64,000 bases of DNA from Opitutales bacterium. GTDB taxonomy: Bacteria > Verrucomicrobiota > Verrucomicrobiia > Opitutales > UBA2987. Shown in pieces: positions 20,861 to 28,678 of the stretch. A program made the translations under genes and the position numbers. Position 1 is the first letter of the stretch. Every line of letters begins with the position of its first letter. The stretch is taken from the NCBI GenBank assembly GCA_965226885.1, contig CBDDEL010000012.1, forward strand, positions 377,819 through 441,818, written 5' to 3'. The notes below the pieces were generated by a model. It made no database searches. It was not told the origin of the DNA and was given only the letters and a program-made list of their open reading frames with translations.

Positions 20861-22388
20861 TTACCACAGAGCGACCTTTCGCTGAACCGTTCCCGATGCT
20901 CGACCATGCTCAATTTGCAGGCAACGAAGCAATTCCTCTTTCGGCCCATTACAGGCAGGATTGTTGTATTGGTTCTGATTTTCAAAGGGATCATCACTGA
21001 GATTGTATGATTGCATCACTGAGATTGTATGATTGTATAGCTCTCCCTGCGTCAATACAGGATAGACCGTAAGCCGCCATTCGTTGGTGCAAATAGAGTA
21101 ATTAAAGTACTCAGACCCGCGGCAGTACCATGCAGCGGAGAGTGCATATTCGCGGAATTGATTGTTCCCGCTACGTGTAAGGGGCAATCCCTGGAACTCC
21201 TCCGGGATTGAAATACCGCAGCGGTAAAGGAGTTCGGGCGCGACGTCTATATTACTGCTGATGGAGTCAACACGATCCTTTGGTCCATTGGGCTCGGCAA
21301 TGATCAGCGGTATGTTTAATAGCGATCTGCAACAGAACGGACCTTTGAAAAGCATTCCGTGATCGCCGAGGAAGTCTCCATGATCTGAAGTAAAAACGAC
21401 AATGGTGTTTTCATCCAAACCAAGATCGGAAAGGCGGGTTAGAATTCGTCCGATACTTGCGTCGATGAGCGCAATCATACCGTGTGTGTGGGCAAGTACG
21501 GCTTGGTATACTTCGCCTCGAAACGATGGATAATGGTGCGCGCACCCGTTACCCTCGAAGGGGGATTGGGTCATAGCCTCCCGCCACGGTAGCGGCTTGT
21601 TTTCGTTCTCGCCAACGACGTAGTGAGGTTCGGGAAATTCCACGTCGTCAAACATCGAAGCATAGGGCTCTGGCGGCGTGAAAGGATGGTGTGGATCGGG
21701 GAAAGAGACTTGAAGGTAAAACGGACAGGTTCCATCCTGTCTCTCAATCGCGGCAATCGCGCGGTCAGCCACCCACGTGCTGTGGTGGGCTTCGACGGGA
21801 ATGGCGGATTTATAGCATTGGAATTCCGGATCCCGTAAGTAATCTTGGGCGCCTTCAAACCTCAACTTCAGATTCGGGAAGTTGTGCTCCCGCCAACGCC
21901 CGTAATGTCCTTCGTAATGTCCTTCGACTTGTTCCCCATGGCCAGCGGTGATTTCCACATGGTCGAAACCGTAGTAGGGGCCGTTCCAATCATCGAGTTC
22001 ACCATTTTTCCACCTTGCCTTGCTCTCCATCGATGGCGAGACGGGGTCGTGTTGATAAGGCTGAAAGTGCGCCTTGCCAATCAGTGCTGTATTATAACCG
22101 TGCTCCTTAAATACCGCCGGTAATGTCAGCTCAGTCTCAGGCATGAACAATCCATTCTCTCGAACCCCATGGGTTCCCATGGGTTTGAGGATAGCGGCTC
22201 GTGAGGAAAGAAACACGGCTCGGCGTGCAAACCGGGTTGACGGATTGATGGTTCGTATAGAGGGTCCCCCTCGCGGCCAAAAAGTCGATGACCGGCGTAC
22301 GGGCGAGCCTGTTGCCCATGCAACCGAGGCCATCGGCTCGCAGTTGGTCCGTTTGGATAACGATTATGTTCTTTCTGCGCGGATTCAT
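20861..22388 (-). pseudogene. Sulfatase (Cys-type, FGly-dependent), frameshifted
   Basis: N-part has IQTDQLRAD and CTPSRVSFLTSRYP; C-part has GKAHF, DPHHP and TSDHGD. The frameshift coincides with a 10-bp tandem duplication CCCATGGGTT (22166-22185). Confidence 0.9.
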
Positions 22389-22465
22389 CGAGATTCATCG
22401 AGCTACAGATTGTTCGATTATAATAGGGCAGGTTTATCAGTTATCAGGCAGGTGAATCAATCGGT

Positions 22466-22584
22466 AAAAAAAAGACGCCGCAGAACAAAGTCTGCGGCGT
22501 CACCCACTGCTTAACAAACTACAAACCAGACTGAAACTTAAAACTAAACTCTCGCTCTAGTCTCTCCAATCAGGTTAGATTTCA
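22466..22584 (-). ncRNA. Candidate small RNA, copy 1
   Basis: Intergenic. Contains a 24-nt core identical to copy 2 (22515-22538) and ends in an 11-bp hairpin (22474-22501) plus a U8 tail; ECF-like promoter directly upstream. Confidence 0.6.
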
Positions 22585-22589
22585 ATTTC

Positions 22590-22618
22590 TTAGACGGACT
22601 GGAAAGCAGAACGTTCAA
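22590..22618 (-). promoter_or_regulatory. Putative ECF/sigmaE-type promoter
   Basis: TTGAAC-N18-TCTAA on the minus strand, matching the spacing of the RpoE consensus GAACTT-N16-TCnAA. Confidence 0.5.
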
Positions 22619-22675
22619 TAATGATCGGAATTGTTTTCCCTCGAGCCAATGGATTTCCGGCTGCCGGGAGCCTTT

Positions 22676-22804
22676 AAAAGTGCAGGCGCCGCCGGAATAA
22701 ACCGGCGGCGCCTACAAGAGTTAACCAAACTACAAACCAGACTGAAACTATGAACTTTAACCCTTGCTTCCAAATTCCATAGGGCCAGCATAGGGCCAGA
22801 CTTG
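22676..22804 (-). ncRNA. Candidate small RNA, copy 2
   Basis: Core at 22726-22749; 12-bp hairpin 22684-22713 followed after a few bases by a short U tract; upstream TTGAACGTT...GTCT motif at 22839-22812. Confidence 0.55.
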
Positions 22805-22934
22805 TAATTAGAGACTTCGCATGGGGATAAAACGTTCAAAATTCTTGTTTTTAAATTGGCCCATTCGCATTTTTCGTTGAAAAATGATGGGATGCGGGAT
22901 GCGGGTATTTACTTGAATTGAAAACGCGGCCGGA

Positions 22935-23513
22935 ATGAGAATCACAGGGGGCAGGGCGAGGGGCGCACCGCTGAAAAGCCCTCCCAAAAATGTGCGTCCG
23001 GCCACCGACCGCACACGTCAGGCGGTTTTTTCCAGCCTGGGCGGTTCGATCGTCGGGTCTTCCGTTTTGGATTTGTTTGCCGGAAGCGGCTCCTATGGTC
23101 TTGAGGCCATCAGCCGTGGCGCCATACGCTGCCATTTTGTGGAAAAAAACCGAAGAACCCTGGCTTGTCTGATGGAAAATCTGAACGTCCTCAACAAGGC
23201 CCTAAAAGGACAGCAGGCGGCACAGGCCGTTAGCCGTGTGACACAAAAAGATGTCTTTAAATGGCGGACTGAAAGACCGGAAGGCTTCGATTTCATCTTT
23301 CTGGACGCGCCCTACTCGCTGGCCGTCGAGCGTTCGGATTCGCTTTTTGCCCTGGCCGCTAAATTTATTGGTCAAAACCCGGCTGGCCGCCTTTTGTTTG
23401 AAATGCCCGGCGATTTTCATCCCGAGCCAGCAGGCTGGGAACTGGCACGTAGCCTGGGCAGCCGAAAATCTGGAGAACCGGCTATGAATATTTATAAAAA
23501 AACTGCCACCTGA
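22935..23513 (+). CDS. rsmD: 16S rRNA m2G966 methyltransferase RsmD
   Basis: MRITGG, RPATDR, LDLFAGSG, EAISRGA and FLDAPY motifs. Confidence 0.9.
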   Translation: MRITGGRARGAPLKSPPKNVRPATDRTRQAVFSSLGGSIVGSSVLDLFAGSGSYGLEAISRGAIRCHFVEKNRRTLACLMENLNVLNKALKGQQAAQAVSRVTQKDVFKWRTERPEGFDFIFLDAPYSLAVERSDSLFALAAKFIGQNPAGRLLFEMPGDFHPEPAGWELARSLGSRKSGEPAMNIYKKTAT

Positions 23514-23553
23514 ATGTGAGACTGGAATGATCGCAGTGGTGCGGGCATCCCAT

Positions 23554-24282
23554 TCACATCAGCCCCATTTTTGCCGCCATGATCGATATGGCGGCGATGG
23601 TTGCCGTTTCTATCCTCAAGACGCGTTCGCCCAGATGGACGAGAGTGAAACCGGACTCCCGTAGAGTGTCTCTTTCTCCAGCGGACCATCCGCGTTCCGG
23701 CCCAACCGCGAGCAGGCAGTCGTGTTTTTCATCTCCATCCATTGGATACCTGGAAAGCGCCGCCGCCGATTCATAGTTATCGAGGCCGATTCGGGTTTGA
23801 CCTTCCGCAAAATCATTCAAAGCCGCTCTCAAGGTGGGGAAATGGGAAACTTGTGGGATAACGGTGGAAAAAGCCTGTTCAGCCCCTTGGGCCAATTGCC
23901 GGCGCCACTCGCCGGTACTCCACAACTTGCTTTTTTTATAAGATGGCTCCCCTTTTTCAGTCTCGAAAAACACGATCCTGACGAGTCCAAAACTGGCGCT
24001 TTCGCGAAGCAGCTTTCTAGCCGTTTGAGGCCTGGGCAGGCCTGCCAGCAAAGAAATCGGGCAAGGCTTCGGAACATCTTCTCCCCATTCGATTTTTAGG
24101 CGCAGCTCCTCGGCGGAAGCATCGTTCAAAATAACCGCCTTCCCCCTTGGCCCGTTGACGAGGCCGATATCCAAACGGTCGCCTTTTTGCATTCCGAGAA
24201 CTTCCCGTATATGCACGGCGCGCCGGTCGTCGCCGGGGAGCGTCTCATAATCCGATTTTTTCTGAAAAAGAATCAAGTTCAT
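23554..24282 (-). CDS. Second RsmE-family SPOUT methyltransferase
   Basis: HIREVL, LPRPQ, GAEQA, VGPERGW and LGERVLRIETA motifs. Confidence 0.85.
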   Translation of the reverse strand: MNLILFQKKSDYETLPGDDRRAVHIREVLGMQKGDRLDIGLVNGPRGKAVILNDASAEELRLKIEWGEDVPKPCPISLLAGLPRPQTARKLLRESASFGLVRIVFFETEKGEPSYKKSKLWSTGEWRRQLAQGAEQAFSTVIPQVSHFPTLRAALNDFAEGQTRIGLDNYESAAALSRYPMDGDEKHDCLLAVGPERGWSAGERDTLRESGFTLVHLGERVLRIETATIAAISIMAAKMGLM

Positions 24283-24333
24283 GGCAGGAGTGAAAAATGG
24301 AAAAAAACCACCACTCATGGAGAACAAAAATTC

Positions 24334-24780
24334 TTACTTCCATTTCGCCTGTATCATCTTGCAGACAGCTTGCAAAACGGAGCGCCGAAAAATTACTCCA
24401 ACGACTTTTTTGTTTTCTACTACCGGATAACAATAAAAATGATGTTTGGTAAACAAATCAATTGCCTTGTAGATATCTGTATCAGGTTTAATAGGAATAA
24501 TTTTTTTCGACATGTAATCGCGCACTTTCTGTGCCTGGTTGTTGTAATATTTCATGTCGATCTCGGATTTTAAGCAGTCCTTCTCCGACAGAAACCCGAC
24601 GGGCTCTTTATTCTCATTAATTACAGGCGCTCCCGAGATATTTTTTTTCACCAAAATATTTGAAGCCTCAACAATGTTCATATCCTCTGTAAACGAGGTA
24701 AACGCCCTAAGCATAATATCCTTTACGGTAATCTCTTTGTCTCTTTGTTGTTTAAGTGTTTTTGGCGTGTAATTGACCAT
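24334..24780 (-). CDS. CBS-domain pair protein (AT-rich, probably acquired)
   Basis: VKDIM, ISGAPV, VGFLSEKD and VRDYM motifs; markedly AT-rich relative to its flanks. Confidence 0.88.
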   Translation of the reverse strand: MVNYTPKTLKQQRDKEITVKDIMLRAFTSFTEDMNIVEASNILVKKNISGAPVINENKEPVGFLSEKDCLKSEIDMKYYNNQAQKVRDYMSKKIIPIKPDTDIYKAIDLFTKHHFYCYPVVENKKVVGVIFRRSVLQAVCKMIQAKWK

Positions 24781-25008
24781 ATCAACTCTCCTTCTATATT
24801 AACCGGAATTTCCCAAATGACTGGTATGAATCGTTAAAATCATCGTAGCGAAATCTGTAGCTTTTGAGTGCATCATGCTCCTTTCAATACGTTTTGGCAA
24901 ATCGTTTTGGCAAATGTCTTTTTTCTTGATATTTATCAGTTGCATAGGAGGCAGTGATGTGCACTGGAAAAAGTGGACACGAGATTCTCCTAAATGGAGA
25001 ATCGAAGC

Positions 25009-25305
25009 ATGGGAAGAAGACGCTTTAGTATAGAGTTCAAAAATGAGGCAGTTCAACTGATGATACTCGATGGTCTGAGCGCCACCGAGGTATCGACCAA
25101 ACTTGGGGTCAACACCAACCAATTGTATAGGTGGAAGAGGCTCTATCTGGACGATCAGCAGGGCGAAGCCACCTCAAAGCGACAGAGCAGTCCGAAGGAG
25201 ATGGCGGCCGAGATAGATCGTCTTCGCAAAGAGCTGCGCCGCTCGGAGCGGATCAACCAGATACTAAAAAAAACGGTGGGCTACTTTGCCAAGGACGAAC
25301 AATGA
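25009..25305 (+). CDS. IS3 transposase OrfA
   Basis: RRFSIEFKNEAV, HTH (LYRW), leucine zipper ending ILKKTVGYFAK. Confidence 0.9.
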   Translation: MGRRRFSIEFKNEAVQLMILDGLSATEVSTKLGVNTNQLYRWKRLYLDDQQGEATSKRQSSPKEMAAEIDRLRKELRRSERINQILKKTVGYFAKDEQ

Positions 25306-26219
25306 AGTACCAGTTTGTCAAAGACAACGAGGGGCGCTTCAAGATCGAGGAAATATGCTCGGCGATGGGGATTTGTCGCAGTGGCTATTACTGCTGGAGG
25401 CACCGAGCGCCCTCGGCCCGGCGGATCGAGGACGAGGGAATCAAGGGGGCGATCCTGAAGGTACACAAAGAGGCCAAGGGCCGCTATGGGCATCGGCCAA
25501 TGCACCGCCATCTGAAGGATGATGAGGGCATCGATTGCGGCCGTGACCGGGCTCTGCGTCTGATGCGTGAAATGGGAATCAAAAGCACCCAGAGTAAACG
25601 CTTTAAGCCATTAAGAACCAACAGTAACCATCCCTATGGTTACAGCCCCAATGTGCTTAAAAAGCATGGCCAGCCGACCCATATCGACGAGGTCTGGGTG
25701 GCGGACACGACCTACCTACGGACCCTGGCCGGTTGGATGTACTTGGCCACGGTGATGGACCTGTTCAGCCGACGCCTGCTGGGCTGGAGCGTTTCCAACC
25801 ACAACGACGCGAAGCTGGTTGGCAAGGCCCTCAAAGCCGCGGCCATGACCCGCGGCACACTGCGCACCGGGATTATTCATCACAGCGATCGGGGCAGCCC
25901 CTACGCCAGCGACGACTATCAGAGGCTGGTCTCTGAACTAGGCATGAAGCCGAGCATGAGCGCCCAAGGCAACTGCTACGACAACGCGGCCATGGAATCG
26001 TTCTACGGCCGCTTCAAGACCAGCACGATTCGAGGCCGCCACTTTGCCGACGAGCGCGAACTGCGATCAACTGTCTTCGAATACGTGGAAATCTTCTACA
26101 ACCGATATCGCAAACATTCCTCTCTGAGTTACCAAAGCCCAGTCCAATTCGAGGAAAATATTTGCCCCCCATGGGGGGCAACGAGAAAACAAAACCCTTT
26201 ACCAAAACAAGCCGCCTGA
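25302..26219 (+). CDS. IS3 transposase OrfB (rve)
   Basis: WVADTTY, DLFSRR, HHSDRGS and CYDNAAMESF motifs. Confidence 0.93.
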   Translation: MKYQFVKDNEGRFKIEEICSAMGICRSGYYCWRHRAPSARRIEDEGIKGAILKVHKEAKGRYGHRPMHRHLKDDEGIDCGRDRALRLMREMGIKSTQSKRFKPLRTNSNHPYGYSPNVLKKHGQPTHIDEVWVADTTYLRTLAGWMYLATVMDLFSRRLLGWSVSNHNDAKLVGKALKAAAMTRGTLRTGIIHHSDRGSPYASDDYQRLVSELGMKPSMSAQGNCYDNAAMESFYGRFKTSTIRGRHFADERELRSTVFEYVEIFYNRYRKHSSLSYQSPVQFEENICPPWGATRKQNPLPKQAA

Positions 26220-26403
26220 CACACTAATCAATAAACAATGAATATAAGAGAATCCCGTGTCCAACAAATCCAGTACACGTCAGCAGTGACTACTTGAGTA
26301 ACGAATTGAATTTCTTTTCGGAGAGCTACCGCTGGATTCGGAATTTTGAATCATCTATCGCTGTTAGAACAAAGAGCCGAAGGCAATGGTATTGACTTCT
26401 GTT

Positions 26404-27696
26404 TGATCGGACCCCATCTTTGCTACCACTTTAAGTGAGAGTATTTCCGTAGGTTTGGTATTGTAGGTTTTGCAGCGGGTGGCGCAATGAGGCCGTAGGC
26501 CGAATGGAGCCAGCCGCTGCTTTGTTCTTTGTTGATTGTTCGCCAGAGTCTGGCAAATGTATTTGGGGAGAGAAAGCCTAATCGGCTGTGGGGGTGTTTC
26601 GCGTTGTATTTGTGTCGCCATTGTTCGACCACCACACGCGCTTCGGTCACGCTCAGGAACAGTTCCTGGTTAAGGCATTCATCGCGCAAACGATTATGAA
26701 AGGATTCTATATGTCCATTCTGCCAAGGGCTTCCTGGATCAATGTATGCGATGGCAATTTCCTGTCGCTGCAGTTCTTCTTTGACTTGGTGGGCTATAAA
26801 CTCCGATCCGTTGTCCGAGCGGATGCACTGAGGTTTGCCGTTCTCTCTTATGGCATCGTTCAATACCTCTACCACATCGGCACTTTTCAGTGAGCGCGCA
26901 ACCTTAATGGCCAGGCATTGACGGGTATGTTCATCGATCAGTGTCAAGAGCCTGAGCGGACCGCCCCGGTCGGTGCGATCCGCCACGAAGTCCCAACTCC
27001 ACACATGGTTGGGCTGCACTGCTCGGGTCGGGGTAGCCGTGGATTGGCCCTGCCGGCGACGGCGCTTGCCAGACGGGCGCACACCCAGTCCTTCGAAACG
27101 ACGCACTTTTTGGACGAATTTGCGACTCACGGGCCAACCTTCATGGGCCAACAAAGCGCGGATCCGACGATAGCCATAGCGCGGATGCTTCTTCGAAAAG
27201 GCAATGATGCGTGCCACCAGTTTATGCCTATACTCAGTAGCTTTCTTGGGTTCATACAGGTAGGTTGAGCGGTGCAACCCAAAATACTGACAGGCCCGAC
27301 GCAGCGAGCACGACCCTTGGGCCAATACATGCTTCACCGCTTCCTTTTTCTGCTTCGGGCCTACCATTTTTTTGCGTTCACCTCCTTGAGCACACGGTTC
27401 TCCAGCATCTGCTCGGCTACTATCTTCTTAAGCTGCGTGTTTTCGCGCTCCAGCTCCTTCAGCCGCTTGGCGCCACGCAGCTCCATGCGGCCATACTTTT
27501 TACGCCAACGATGGTAGCTTTGAGGACTGATATTGTGGGACCGACAGACATCCTGAATGCCTTTGCCTGCGTCTACTTCGCGCAGTATCGTTATGATTTG
27601 TTCAGGGGTGGATTGTTTTTTGCTTCATAGGTCTTTCCGGTAATTTCTCCAGAAAGACTCTCACTGGCAATGGTAGTGTTTTCGGCGGTCACATCA
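26404..27696 (-). mobile_element. IS3-family (IS407-like) element with frameshifted orfA
   Basis: Imperfect IRs (TGAT..GACC...CTACCA...AGTGAGAG at both ends); target duplication TGTT at 26400-26403 and 27697-27700. orfA (27628-27361) has an extra A in a run after codon 2, giving MKQKTIHP*. Confidence 0.88.
26423..27367 (-). CDS. IS3 transposase OrfB
   Basis: RYGYRR, WSWDFV, RSDNGSEF and PGSPWQNGHIESF motifs. Confidence 0.93.
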   Translation of the reverse strand: MVGPKQKKEAVKHVLAQGSCSLRRACQYFGLHRSTYLYEPKKATEYRHKLVARIIAFSKKHPRYGYRRIRALLAHEGWPVSRKFVQKVRRFEGLGVRPSGKRRRRQGQSTATPTRAVQPNHVWSWDFVADRTDRGGPLRLLTLIDEHTRQCLAIKVARSLKSADVVEVLNDAIRENGKPQCIRSDNGSEFIAHQVKEELQRQEIAIAYIDPGSPWQNGHIESFHNRLRDECLNQELFLSVTEARVVVEQWRHKYNAKHPHSRLGFLSPNTFARLWRTINKEQSSGWLHSAYGLIAPPAAKPTIPNLRKYSHLKW

Positions 27697-27767
27697 TGTT
27701 GGCCGCAATCTATGGTGAAAATTAGTAACGGAAAACGTTACCTTTAATTGAAAACTCGAGAGAATGA

Positions 27768-28561
27768 ATGATGAAAAAAGCAGCAGTTGAGAAAATCAGT
27801 GATTTAAATGACAACCTGGAGGCCTATCGGGCATCGGCCCTTGCGGTGAGGAAAGGGCCCACCCGAACCGGAAATCTGGCCCTGGCCAGTGCTGCTGCCG
27901 GTGGGGCCGCTCTGGCCATCACACCTGCGGCTGAAGCCGCCATACAGTACAGTGGAGTGGACCACAGAGTATTATGTTGACGGGCACATCCTATGGTAGT
28001 GCGTATTATAGTGATTACTTGTTAATCGATATGGACAGTGATGGTTCAAATGACTTTGTTTTAGTCCAAGATCCTGGCTCTGACGCCGCCTACATCGTTC
28101 CAATAGGTGAATTTGATGGGACTGGTAAGGCGGGCGTAATTAAATACACCGATGCTCCCGGTCCCTTTCTCAAGACCTTGACTGCGAACTACAACATCGC
28201 CGACACCCTTGATACTGCCGGAAGTGGATACTGGAAATACGGTACCATCGGCCCTCCTCAATATTTTGGCAAAAGTAATATTGGCCCCTTCCAAGGTCAG
28301 GGCAACAAATACATCGGCGTCCGGTTTACGAATGAAACAGGCGAACACTTTGGCTGGATCCGGGTCAACCTTGCGGCCAGCAGCACCTCAATCAATATTA
28401 TAGACTGGGCCTGGGAGGACACGCCCGGCACATCCATCCCAGCAGGGTCGACCACTGCCGTCATCCCAACGTTGAACGAGTGGGGGATCATCGTATTGAT
28501 GACCCTATTGGCTGGCGCCGCCGCCTGGAAAATGAACAAGCCCGAGCTTCTGCAGACTTAA
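27768..28561 (+). pseudogene. IPTL-CTERM sorted surface protein, frameshifted after the signal peptide
   Basis: Ala-rich signal ending AEA|AIQYSG; C-terminal IPTLNEWGIIVLMTLLAGAAAWKM. Removing one copy of AGTGG-AGTGG (27951-27960) fuses the two ORFs (YSGPQSIMLTG). Confidence 0.82.
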
Positions 28562-28678
28562 GGACCGGCTAGAATACAGGTTATGGCTTGGCTTGTGTGG
28601 TTATGAAAACCACGGAACTGGGGCCATTGCAGAAATTACTTTGTCAAATCCGTAATTCTGTTTATCTATTCCAGTTAT

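Larger units (their letters stand above)
24955..26282 (+). mobile_element. IS3-family element, apparently intact
   Basis: TG...CA ends with imperfect IRs (TGATGTGCACTGGA..TGGACACG / CGTGTCCA..TCCAGTACACGTCA); 4-bp target duplication GCAG at 24951-24954 and 26283-26286; A8 slippery run at 25266-25273. Confidence 0.93.

Noticed and set aside
22515..22749. 24-bp direct repeat as a possible CRISPR array
   Set aside because: Only two copies, 211 bp apart, and no cas genes; better explained as paralogous RNA units.
24955..27696. Composite transposon formed by the two IS3 elements
   Set aside because: They are different elements, each with its own target duplication, and enclose only 121 bp.
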